Assembly: GCA_964486045.1 (NCBI GenBank)
Contig: CAZALK010000012.1
Span: 1-64,000 of the forward strand
Origin: an uncultured archaeon
GTDB lineage: Archaea; Asgardarchaeota; Lokiarchaeia; Sigyniarchaeales; SOKP01
Direction: 5' to 3'
Length of the DNA: 64,000 nt
The notes beneath the pieces are model-generated. The model saw only the letters and a program-made list of their open reading frames with translations, was not told the DNA's origin and searched no databases. Positions 9,335 through 19,726 of the stretch are shown here, piece after piece. The translations under genes and the position numbers were made by a program. Each line of letters begins with the position of its first letter. Position 1 is the first letter of the stretch.

Positions 9335-11041
9335 ATGAAAAGAACAGCTTCAATTACAGTAGCAATTATAGTAGGGATAGGGATAGGAATAGCAAGTGTG
9401 TCAACTATTTTTTGGATAATAGCAAGTCAAAATGGAGAAATTACAGATGGGAATGGTATTAATGAAGCTCCTATTATTGTTAATTATTATCCATTGATAA
9501 ATCCTAGCATCTATGATACAGAAATACAAGAGTTCAACATTACAGTTACTGATCCCGATGGTGATGCTCTTACCTATAGCTGGTATCTTAACGGAACGAA
9601 TGTTGGTGGGAATTTATCAACCTATATATTCATTGCCAACACCACCCTTATCGGTACATCTGTGGTTATTGTTAATATAACTGACGGGGATCTTATATCT
9701 ACTCATTCTTGGAATTTAACAGTTATAGCTTTTAAATATGATTGGGGTTTTGCTGATGCTCCCGGGGCACCATCTAATGTAACCGAAAGTCAAATAATTA
9801 GAGTAGGAGTAATCGGGGATACACAGCGAATACATGGTCAAGGATCAGAGAACGGAGCATGGCTTGCAGCATACGAAATAAATTCTGCAGGTGGAATTAC
9901 TGTAGATGGTAAGGTATACTATATAGGAATAACAAGTGAAAATTCAGATGAAGAAAATCCTGTATTAGATACAGCAGTTGCAGTCTCTGCAGCAAATACG
10001 CTTATTAATTACAAAAAAGTTCAATTCGCAACGGGAGGATTTAGAACCGAAGCAGGATTGGCATATCAAGACCTGTGGATGCAAAAGAAAATTATTTACT
10101 TTAACACAGGAGCCGCTACTTCTGCTCTTACTGGAAAAGTTCTTAGTGATTATGCCACCTATAAATACTTTTTCCAACCTAGTCCTATAAACACAACTGC
10201 TTTAGCATTAGAATTAATTGCGTTAATAATCTCTACAGCAGCGTCACAATCTGTCATTACAGGTCATAGTATTACAAGATTTTCGTTTTTGAGGGAAGAT
10301 TATACGTGGACTGCTGGCTTTGCAGCCCTCATGATAGGTACTTTAGAAAACAATCCTACATGGAACATGACTTTTACCGGTTCAAGCATTGCCTTTGCTC
10401 CAGATGCCACCGCGTTACAAATGGAAGCACATTGGAATACTATCCAAGCTACCAATACCCAAATAGTAATTCCTTTGGTTTCTGGCCCAATAGGATTGAC
10501 TTATATGAATTCATATGCTTCAGTTCAGCCAAATTGTATCCCAATTGGGATTAACGATGTAGCACAAGACACTGACTTCTATGTTGACTCGAGCGGAGAT
10601 GCTGCATATGGGGTTACTCTAGAATCTGTGTTTGATACAAATAAAACCTCATTAACTAGGCCATTTTGGTCCAACTACATCTCTAATTTTTCAACAACGC
10701 CAATATATACTGCAACAGGTTCTTATGATGCGATCTACCAATTAGCATGGGCACTTGAAACGGCTGATTCGTTTGATCCTGACGATCTTGTCACACAATT
10801 AGAGACACTAACGCCGGGGGCTTATCTTGAAGGAGCTGGTGGAAATGGTGCGTATGACGCGAGTCATAGTCCTTGGTATGGCTTCCCATATGGTATCAGT
10901 CTTGCCATTCAATGGCAAAATGATACAACGAAGCGTTTAATTCCCGCACCGGGTATTTATCCTAGTGGAGTTTATGAACCAGCACTTCAAAACATGGATC
11001 CCCTCCAATTGCCACACTGGGGTCTATACTATTACGATTAA
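9335..11041 (+). CDS. Branched-chain amino-acid-type ABC substrate-binding protein with an N-terminal Ig-like domain
   Basis: N-terminal TM; DPDGDALTYSW Ig/PKD-like segment; GAWLAAYEINSAGGI, GGFRTE, YDAIY (LivJ/K-like). Confidence 0.85.
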   Translation: MKRTASITVAIIVGIGIGIASVSTIFWIIASQNGEITDGNGINEAPIIVNYYPLINPSIYDTEIQEFNITVTDPDGDALTYSWYLNGTNVGGNLSTYIFIANTTLIGTSVVIVNITDGDLISTHSWNLTVIAFKYDWGFADAPGAPSNVTESQIIRVGVIGDTQRIHGQGSENGAWLAAYEINSAGGITVDGKVYYIGITSENSDEENPVLDTAVAVSAANTLINYKKVQFATGGFRTEAGLAYQDLWMQKKIIYFNTGAATSALTGKVLSDYATYKYFFQPSPINTTALALELIALIISTAASQSVITGHSITRFSFLREDYTWTAGFAALMIGTLENNPTWNMTFTGSSIAFAPDATALQMEAHWNTIQATNTQIVIPLVSGPIGLTYMNSYASVQPNCIPIGINDVAQDTDFYVDSSGDAAYGVTLESVFDTNKTSLTRPFWSNYISNFSTTPIYTATGSYDAIYQLAWALETADSFDPDDLVTQLETLTPGAYLEGAGGNGAYDASHSPWYGFPYGISLAIQWQNDTTKRLIPAPGIYPSGVYEPALQNMDPLQLPHWGLYYYD

Positions 11042-11109
11042 ACAATAACCAAAGAAGAATTTTAAATTATAATTAATTTCCATTTTTTTGTTAGTTTTTT
11101 ATAATATAC

Positions 11110-11376
11110 TCATCTCTGATAAATAACCTCAATTAGAGCTTCAAAAACAGTATGTAACTCCACCTCATTTTCGCTCCAAAGCTTACATTGCTTGCCATCA
11201 CTATGTAGATGCACATCTGGATACGCGACTGGCAATAACTCAGATAAATTTTCAATATATTGAGCAATCTCATCAGATCTTATAAAATTTATCGAATACT
11301 CCTGCTTCCCATTAAACTCAATCTCAAATTTTACATTGAAGGGAATATTTTTAACACTTAATTTGCTTGTTTTCAT
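11110..11376 (-). CDS. Hypothetical protein
   Basis: 88-aa ORF with ATG start and globular composition. Confidence 0.55.
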   Translation of the reverse strand: MKTSKLSVKNIPFNVKFEIEFNGKQEYSINFIRSDEIAQYIENLSELLPVAYPDVHLHSDGKQCKLWSENEVELHTVFEALIEVIYQR

Positions 11377-11444
11377 CTTTTACCATTGTTTATGCTTCAA
11401 TATACCTCTTTATATTTAAAGAAAAAATTGAAGCTCCATGAGAA

Positions 11445-11538
11445 TTTCTCTTGCCATTTAAATACTCAAATCTTAACACTGGCGTGATTACTATTTTTTG
11501 AATACTATTGTATTTTAAGGTGAACAAAAAACATAAAA
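11445..11538. repeat. 94-bp direct repeat, copy 1 (copy 2 at 18270-18363)
   Basis: 85/94 identical, ungapped; first 33 bp identical. Confidence 0.9.
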
Positions 11539-11799
11539 TATTTTGCCATAGAAAAGTATCTATTAAACCGAGTAAAGATTAGTTTATTCCTTGATTCATC
11601 AGAAAATTATGGATATTTGATAATTTTATATTTAAAAAAGTAATATAATATTTATAAAAATCTTATAAGTATTTTTAAACAAAAGTAACTAAAAATGATT
11701 GGAAAAAAATATCTTGCAATAATCATTACATCTTTCTTAATAGTGAGTGGTTTAGTGTTTGGTTTACTATTTTTGGGACCTAAGGGAGAGGTAAAGAAT

Positions 11800-13790
11800 G
11801 ATACAACAGCTCCAACTGTTGAAATTATAAGCCTCACCAATAATATTTATACTAATACCGAGTAGTTATTGAATATCACCGCAACAGATGAAAACGGAAT
11901 CGAATCAGTGTGGTACAACTGGGATGGAAACAATGTGACTTATTCGGGACCACAAAGTATTAATTTCAGCGAAGGTCTAAACAAGATATATGCATGGGCA
12001 AAAGATTCAGAGGAGAATATAGGATCAACTTCTGTCGCATTTACAATTGATACAACAGCTCCAATTGTTGAAGTTACGAGCCCTATCGATACAATTTATC
12101 CTGATTCCGAACATTTATTAAGTATCACTGCCACAGATGATAATGGAATTGACACAGTCTGGTACAATTGGGAGGGAAGCAACAGGACTTATACAATTCC
12201 ACAAAATATTATGTTTAGCGAAGGTCTAAACACGATATATGCATGGGCTAATGACTCGGTGGGAAACATAGGGTTAACTTCAGTTGCATTTATCATTGAT
12301 ACAACAGCTCCAAATGTTAAAATAACGAGTCTTATAAATACAACTTATTCTGATGCCCAACAATTATTAAATATCACCGCAACAGATGACAACGGAATCG
12401 ACACAATCTGGTATAACTGGGAAGGAAACAACTTGACTTACGCGATTCCACAGATCATTACGTTCAGCGAAAATCTAAACACATTGTATGCATGGGCAAA
12501 TGATTCAGAGGGGAACGTAGGATCAACTTCTGTCGCATTTAACATTGATATAATAGTTCCAACTGTTGAAATTACGAGCCCTACCAATACAATTTATCTT
12601 AGTGCCGAACAGTTATTGAACATCACCGCAACAGATAATAAGGGAATTGATACAGTCTGGTACAATTGGGAGGGAAGCAACGAGACTTACACTGTTCCCC
12701 AAAACATTACATTCAGCGAAGGTCTAAATACGATATATGCTTGGGCAAATGATTCTGGTGGAAATGTAGGATTAACTTTAGTCATATTTACCATTGATAC
12801 GACAGGCCCAATTGTCGAAATAACAAGTCCCACCAATATAACTTATTCTGATGCCCAACAATTATTAAATATCACCGCAACAGATGACAACGGAATCGAC
12901 ACAATCTGGTATAACTGGGAAGGAAACAACTTGACTTACGCGATTCCACAGATCATTACGTTCAGCGAAAATCTAAACACATTATATGCATGGGCAAATG
13001 ATTCGCAGGGGAACGTCGGTTCAACTTCTGTCGTATTTACCATTGATACAATAGTTCCAACTCTTGAAATTACTACCCCTACAAATAAAATTTATACTAA
13101 TGCTGAACAACTATTGAATATCACCCCAACAGATGATAACGAAATCAACACAGTCTGGTACAACTGGGAGGGAAGCAATATGACTTACACCGTTCCGCAA
13201 AACATTACGTTCAGCGAAGGTCTAAACACGATATATGCCTGGGTAAATGATTCGGGGGGGAACGTAGGATTAACTTCAGTTGTATTTATCATTGATACAA
13301 CAGCTCCAACTGTTGAAATAATGAGTCCTACAAATACTATTTATACAAATGCCGAACAGTTATTGAATATTACCGCAGCAGATAATAACGGAATCAGCAC
13401 TGTCTGGTATAACTGGGAGGGGAGCAACGTGACTTACACGGTTCCACATAACATCACGTTCACCGAAGGTCCAAACACGATATATATATGGGCAAATGAT
13501 TCGGGGGGGAACGTAAGATTAACTTCAGTTGATTTTATCATTGATACAACAGCTCCAACTGTTGAAATAACTAGTCCTACAAATATTATTTATATAAATG
13601 CCGAACAGTTATTGAATATAACCGCAACAGATACTAACGGAATCAGCACAATCTGGTATAACTGGGAGGGAAGCAACGAGACTTACACGGTTCCACAAAA
13701 TATTACGTTCAGCGAAGGTCTAAACACGATATATGTATGGGCAAATGATTCGGGGGGGAACGTAGGATCAACTTCAATCACATTTCCCAT
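11800..13790 (+). repeat. 8 tandem 249-bp (83-aa) Ig-like coding repeats
   Basis: The WYNW codon block recurs about every 249 bp from about 11911 to about 13654. Confidence 0.9.
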
Positions 13791-14219
13791 AATAACCAAT
13801 TCGTTTTTATCTGTATGGAATACTACAAAACCAGGGTCAAGTGGAACCAATGAGGTTAAATTAGCCTTAACACCGAGTGGAACATATAATTTTGATATAT
13901 ATTGGGGTGATGGGATTAATAACACAATTACGAGCTGGAACCAAGCTGAAGTGACTCACACGTATGATTCACCAGACGAATATACTATCCATATAACCGG
14001 AACAATTATTGGCTGGAGTTTTAATAATGGGGGAGATAAAGAGAAGTTGGTTGAAATCAAAAGATGGGGCACATTACGATTAGGTAATTCAGGAGGATAT
14101 TTTTATGGGTGCAAAAACCTTGACATTACAGCTAGTGATATTTTGAATTTAACGGGAACAACTACATTAATAAATGCTTTTCACGGTTGTACCAATATTG
14201 TTGAGATAGAAAAAATGAA

Positions 14220-14925
14220 TGAATGGAATGTCTCAAGTGTTACCAGTATGCAGAATATGTTCTGGGCTGCATCTTCTTTCAACCAAAATATTAGCAGCTG
14301 GGATGTCTCAAGCGTTACAAATATGGGGTATATGTTCTCTGGTGCGTTTTCTTTCAATCAACCTATTGGTGGCTGGAATGTCTCAAGTGTTACAAACATG
14401 TTTTATTTGTTCTCTCATGCCCGTTCTTTCAATCATCCTATTGGTAGCTGGGATGTTTCAAGCGTTACTAACATGTGGGGGATGTTCAATAATGCCCGTT
14501 CTTTCAATCATCCTATTGGTAGCTGGGATGTCTCAAGTGTTACACACATGATGGGGATGTTCATTAGTGCATTTGATTTCAATCAAGATATTGGTGATTG
14601 GGATGTCTCAAATGTTATATATATGGCCCATATGTTCTCTGGTGCTTCTTCTTTCAACCAAAATATTAGCAGCTGGGATGTCTCGAGTGTTACAAACATG
14701 ATGGGGATGTTCAAAGGTGCCCGTTCTTTCAATCAACCCATTGGTAGCTGGGATGTCTCAAGCGTTACAAACATGAGGGCGATGTTCTTTGCTATTTTTT
14801 CTCTTCCCCTTTCTTTCAACCAAAATATAAGTAGCTGGGATGTTCTCTGGTGCTTCTTCTTTCAACCAAAATATAAGCAACTGGGATGTCTCGAGCGTTA
14901 CAATCATGATGGGGATGTTCTCGGG
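14220..14925 (+). repeat. About 10 tandem 75-bp (25-aa) DUF285/BspA-type repeats
   Basis: Units of [25 protein letters not shown]. Confidence 0.9.
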
Positions 14926-15169
14926 AGTTACATTATCAACACCGAATTATGATAGTCTGCTAATTGGATGGTCGAGTTTACCGTTGCAAAACAACGTCGA
15001 CTTTCATGGGGGTAATTCACAATATAGTTTAGATGCTGTCGATGAGAGACAATATCTTATCAATAATTTTTCTTGGTCGATTACTGATGGTGGACAAGCC
15101 TAGTCTTTTTGACATAAAATTGAAGATACAATGATTACACGCAAATTTCTCATTTTTAATAACTGTTAA

Positions 15170-15426
15170 TTCACTACTACTTAATCTTTTTCAGCTACAA
15201 CGGACCAATCGATTAAGACGCATTTAATGTCGCACTTGAAGGACAGATTACTATTAAATTTTATGCTCAAGACATAGCAAGGAATATAGGAACTAAGACT
15301 ATTATTGTTATAAAAAGAATACCATCCCATCCATCTATTCCTGGGATTATAAATATCTTGTATTTGACATTGGATTCATTGGTCTTATTATTACCTTACA
15401 AAAGAAACGTACATCGTGAAAATTAA
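15170..15426 (+). pseudogene. Remnant of the C-terminal Ig-like/anchor module of a surface protein
   Basis: Translates ID*DAFNVALEGQITIKFYAQDIARNIGTKTIIVIKRIPSHPSIPG, similar to the C-termini of 5135-6535 and 15473-18106; no start codon, internal stop. Confidence 0.6.
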
Positions 15427-15472
15427 ATCAAATCTATATCCGATTATTTATTGATCAATAAAGTACACCATT

Positions 15473-18106
15473 TTAAGATATTCTTCTTTTTTTAAATATT
15501 GCAATCAAAATAATACCGAAAAGAGTGCTTACAATTATTAGATTATACCCCGAAATTTTCGACTCTTGATCATTGATGGTCGATTTTATTATTATTATAT
15601 TATTTTCTGCTAAATTTCCTGCTTTATCTTGAACATAGAATCTAATTGTAATTAGCCCATTTGGGGCAGACTCCCAGGCTTGATAGTAGATATTACCTGT
15701 TAATTCCGTGATAGTTATGTTTGTGTTTCCATTGTCAATAGTGTACCATATTGTTTCTAAATTAGGTTCAAGTATGGTTATATTATAAAAAGGAGCGTCG
15801 ATATAAAATTCTTGATTTTCAATAGGATTATGAATTAATATTAAAGGTGAAATGACATCCTTTCTAAGGTTAACTTCTGAATTCCCTATTAATCCATAAG
15901 AGTTATTTACGTATAGGTTGAAACTTAAAGACCCATTTCCTATAGAATTCCAAGTACTTTGATTAATTTCCCCAATGAAAGTGTAGTTAATTGTTGAATA
16001 AGTTTCATTGGTTAGAGAATACCAAATTGTATCAATATTTAGACCAGTAATGGTAAGATTTATTTCTGGGGGATTATATCCATATAGATCATTGATGTTC
16101 GGATTCTCTATAATAATTTGAGGTGGTTTTTTAATAATTTGTGGAAATCTATCAACACTTTTAGCTAAGCCAGAGATGTTATACTGAGTGTCTCCTATTC
16201 CATTACTATCTAAATCGTTTCCTGTATAATCATCCCAGAAATTTCCTATAATCCCGTTATCCCATTGATTATTAGTTCCATTATCTTGGGCATTTAGGGT
16301 ATTACTTATAAATGTATTATTGTATATTTTATGTTGAGCGGAAATAACATCAAGTCCTAGGCCTACTTTACTACTATTTTTAATAATATTCCTAGATATT
16401 AAATTATAAGAACTACCTATTATACGAAACCCATTCCAGCTACTATTGACAATATCATTAAAAAGAAAACTATTGTTATTACCAAGAGAATTAATCACAA
16501 TTCCGATGAGACTATTGTGAATGGAATTTTTTAATATCTTGTTTTCATTAGAATAAGATATTACTAATCCACCCAGGTTGTCTCTAACTTTATTTTCAAT
16601 CAAAGAATTATTATGACTAAGGAATAACTCAATTCCTAAATAATTATTAAATACAAAGTTTTTGGTAATATTGCAATCATCACTTTGGAGTAAATCAATC
16701 CCCCCCCATAGGCTATCAAAGATTGTGTTGTTATTGACAGTAATGTTATAACTATTCACTATACTCAATCCATAATTGTATCCTTGAATAGAATTATCTG
16801 ACATTGTTAAATTATAACAATATAAGGTAGTGATTCCGCCACCTAGTACTTCTAATTTTGATAATATTGAATTATTAACATTATACAAAATTATTTGCCC
16901 TGGTGACGAGAAATTACTTGACGTTAGACCGAGTTCATTTGAGTAAAAAACAATAGATCTCCCGTTAACTAAGTTAGATCTTGTTATATTATATGAAGAG
17001 ATCTGTTCATTCGGCGATATTAAACGTATAACGCTATTGGTTAAGTTATTTCTTGTAATAGTAATATTATTACCAAAAACCTCTATACCACTACTACAAT
17101 TTATTATTTTATTTTCCAAAATGGTTACATTATTACTGCCCCAAATTGTAATACCTGGATTACTGGACATTATAGTGTTGTTTCTTACAAGAAATTTCTT
17201 GCCTCTACCTAACCAAATTCCCGAGTAACTGTTATTAAATATAATATTATTTAGGAATTTGTTATTATCATTATCACTGAATTGCATTCCTATCCCATCT
17301 TTTTTATTAGAATTTATTGTATTTCCCATAATGGTATTATTAGCACTTTGAGTTAAATAAATCCCGTAGGTGTTATTCAATATGTTATTATTAGTAATTG
17401 ACATATTTTGACTAAAGTAAATACCAATCCCTACAGAGTTTGTGAGGTCGCTAGAGTGTCCATATACGTAATTGTTTTCGACAATATTTTGTGCCACAGA
17501 ATTGCTTATTCGTATTCCTCGATGATTATTCATGACAGTATTATTCCTAATAGTATTATTTGCAGAATATCTTAAAAAAATACCTTCCCAAGTATTATTT
17601 TGGGCAATGTTCTGCAGTATTGTATTATTAAAAGAACTCATTAAGCGAATTCCATGCCCATTATTATGGGAGATATTGTTTTTAAATATTAATGAATTAT
17701 TTACATTTTCTAGCGAGATTCCAGCAAAATCATGACCGACACTACTGTTGTATAATGTACTATTTTTTATGATAAAATATTTGTTTGAATTTTGTATTTC
17801 GATACTATTTGATAAACCATTTCCATTCACAATTATGTTTTTAATAACATATGGATCACTAAAAGATCCAGTTCCTGAGCACCAATCGTTATCGGTAGCA
17901 GTTTTACTCCAATTATAAACAGGATCCGTATCATTTATAAAAATAGGATTCACAAAATTGATATCTGATAAGTGAATATCATCAAATTTACCCTTTTTTA
18001 AATTAAAATCTGATTGATTTGGAATTTTATTTACTATAACAATAATTAATGTTATACTTAGAAATAGGCTTATCTTTGTCTTAAAATGAAATGGTTTTAT
18101 TTGCAT
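15473..18106 (-). CDS. Surface protein: long NosD-like beta-helix + 2 Ig-like domains + C-terminal anchor
   Basis: WCSGTGSFSDPYVIKN motif shared with 5135-6535; many Asn-ladder repeats; GNFWDDY...D.NGIGD; ISGYN + TM + KKRR. Confidence 0.85.
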   Translation of the reverse strand: MQIKPFHFKTKISLFLSITLIIVIVNKIPNQSDFNLKKGKFDDIHLSDINFVNPIFINDTDPVYNWSKTATDNDWCSGTGSFSDPYVIKNIIVNGNGLSNSIEIQNSNKYFIIKNSTLYNSSVGHDFAGISLENVNNSLIFKNNISHNNGHGIRLMSSFNNTILQNIAQNNTWEGIFLRYSANNTIRNNTVMNNHRGIRISNSVAQNIVENNYVYGHSSDLTNSVGIGIYFSQNMSITNNNILNNTYGIYLTQSANNTIMGNTINSNKKDGIGMQFSDNDNNKFLNNIIFNNSYSGIWLGRGKKFLVRNNTIMSSNPGITIWGSNNVTILENKIINCSSGIEVFGNNITITRNNLTNSVIRLISPNEQISSYNITRSNLVNGRSIVFYSNELGLTSSNFSSPGQIILYNVNNSILSKLEVLGGGITTLYCYNLTMSDNSIQGYNYGLSIVNSYNITVNNNTIFDSLWGGIDLLQSDDCNITKNFVFNNYLGIELFLSHNNSLIENKVRDNLGGLVISYSNENKILKNSIHNSLIGIVINSLGNNNSFLFNDIVNSSWNGFRIIGSSYNLISRNIIKNSSKVGLGLDVISAQHKIYNNTFISNTLNAQDNGTNNQWDNGIIGNFWDDYTGNDLDSNGIGDTQYNISGLAKSVDRFPQIIKKPPQIIIENPNINDLYGYNPPEINLTITGLNIDTIWYSLTNETYSTINYTFIGEINQSTWNSIGNGSLSFNLYVNNSYGLIGNSEVNLRKDVISPLILIHNPIENQEFYIDAPFYNITILEPNLETIWYTIDNGNTNITITELTGNIYYQAWESAPNGLITIRFYVQDKAGNLAENNIIIIKSTINDQESKISGYNLIIVSTLFGIILIAIFKKRRIS

Positions 18107-18269
18107 ATAATATTTCTTTTCTATAATTTTTGCCTTGTGAGGATCATCATGACCGTAACTATTTAAGCTTTTTAATTAGTTTACAAATAAAAATTATTTT
18201 AATTCTTTGACTGCTGAATTTTTCTGAAATTTTGATGATAAGATAAAAAACCTAAACATGCTTCCTACT

Positions 18270-18363
18270 TTTCTCTTGCCATTTAAATACTCAAATCTTA
18301 ACCTTAGTGTGATCGCTATTTTTCGAATACTTTTGTTTTTTAAGGTGAACAAAAAACATAAAA
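18270..18363. repeat. 94-bp direct repeat, copy 2
   Basis: Aligns to 11445-11538. Confidence 0.9.
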
Positions 18364-18371
18364 CGTTTCGC

Positions 18372-18393
18372 AGGAGTAATGAAAATTACTCCT
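18372..18393. terminator. Perfect 9-bp hairpin AGGAGTAAT-GAAA-ATTACTCCT
   Basis: Seen directly; 35 bp downstream of the stop of 18428-19540 and adjacent to the 94-bp repeat. Confidence 0.5.
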
Positions 18394-18427
18394 CTCCTTC
18401 TATCTTTTAAAAAAAATTACAGAAGTG

Positions 18428-19540
18428 TTAATTTGTAGAAATCTCCAAGTTCGAAAACTTTCCGAAATGAATTTCAACGTCATTTTTACCGTAGAAAATA
18501 TTGAGTTTGCTATAGGCATTCACAATTTTGACCTGTTTCCCAACAGCAAAATTTTTTTGACTGAGGACTGAACATTTGTTATCCCATAGAACAATTCTGA
18601 TGGTTCCTGTCTCATCTGATACGCTAAAAGAGCCCACTCGTCCATGTGAACCGTCCTTTCTTATAAAATCACGAATCTTATTAATGTTTTCTACTTTACC
18701 ATGAATGGATATATTTCTCATGTTTTCAGTTATGTCTTTTATCTGAGTTTTGTTGTCATTAAGACTAATAGTTTTCGCTATACTAACAGATTTTGTGTAT
18801 TGAGGGCTTGGAGCACTTAAAGGTTTTTTAAATAGGAAGTTTTTCACTTTTCTAATCTTAAGTTTCATTTTCTTCTTGTTTTTTAATGTATAAGTACCTG
18901 TAATTACACTAGCAACGATAACAGAACTCCCAACACCAATCCCAACATAAGCTGCTGTAAAATCCGGTTGGGAAGGATTTGGTGTAGGGGACGGATCATC
19001 TTGGGGTGGGGGATCTGGAGGTGGGGGATCTGGAGGTGGAGGATCTGGAGGGGGGCTCGATTGATAATTTACATACAAGGTCCAGCTATACGGATCAAAT
19101 TCATTGTTAGTAAAATTATTTATCACTGCATGACCAGCAACTAACATCGCTTTATTTACATTTTTTAAATGAGTATCATTATAATAAACATATATCACCG
19201 CTACCCACCGATCATATGGATCTTTACCAGTTATATCATCTATATCAACATAAACGGTTTTTTGATGGATAAGAGAGCTAATATGTTGAGACGCTGCTGC
19301 ATATCCTGATTCATTCAGTTCTGGGCAATCGATGTCAGCAAGACGAATTCTTCCCACTGACGTTACATCAACAGTATCACCGTCAACAATATTAGATACC
19401 GTGCCTGTTTGGTCAATCTCCCAAGAATACACTGGTATTGTAAATAAGGTCAATGAAATAATGATGAAACTGATTGAAAGAACTACAAGATTGACGTGAT
19501 TGCCCTTTTTACTCATTTTTCTGTTCGAATATTTATCCAA
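18428..19540 (-). CDS. Thermonuclease (SNase) - Pro-rich linker - TM - OB-fold (RPA/SSB-like) fusion
   Basis: IVDGDTV, IRLADIDCPE and DPYDR SNase motifs; (PPPDP)n linker; TM AAYVGIGVGSSVIVASVI; C-terminal F.RKDGS.GRV...VSDETGTIRIVLWD archaeal RPA OB-fold. Confidence 0.85.
   Translation of the reverse strand: MDKYSNRKMSKKGNHVNLVVLSISFIIISLTLFTIPVYSWEIDQTGTVSNIVDGDTVDVTSVGRIRLADIDCPELNESGYAAASQHISSLIHQKTVYVDIDDITGKDPYDRWVAVIYVYYNDTHLKNVNKAMLVAGHAVINNFTNNEFDPYSWTLYVNYQSSPPPDPPPPDPPPPDPPPQDDPSPTPNPSQPDFTAAYVGIGVGSSVIVASVITGTYTLKNKKKMKLKIRKVKNFLFKKPLSAPSPQYTKSVSIAKTISLNDNKTQIKDITENMRNISIHGKVENINKIRDFIRKDGSHGRVGSFSVSDETGTIRIVLWDNKCSVLSQKNFAVGKQVKIVNAYSKLNIFYGKNDVEIHFGKFSNLEISTN
19003..19055 (-). 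repeat. 15-bp tandem repeat encoding the Pro/Asp linker
   Basis: ggatctggagg at 19011, 19026, 19041. Confidence 0.85.
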
Positions 19541-19726
19541 TATTCTTAATTACACTTGGGATGCTTAAGGAAATAAATATTTCTAATAAACAAAAAATTA
19601 AAAAAAATTTAGATTTTTATGATTTTATCTCCTAAGCTTACAATCACCGTAGAAGCACCTTGCAGTAAATATACAAAAAATCATTTATTAGTAAAGGGGG
19701 GGATATAATAAAACTTATAATTCACA

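Larger units (their letters stand above)
11695..15103 (+). pseudogene. Membrane-anchored surface protein, 8 Ig-like repeats + BspA/DUF285 repeats; disrupted
   Basis: ATG at 11695 gives MIGKKYLAII... (TM). In-frame TAG at 11863-11865 where sister repeats have CAG/CAA/CAT. Frameshift at about 14840 joins ORFs 11869-14952 and 14840-15103. Confidence 0.8.

Noticed and set aside
14220-14925. Diversity-generating retroelement target in the DUF285 repeats
   Set aside because: No reverse transcriptase and no template/variable repeat pair with adenine-specific differences seen
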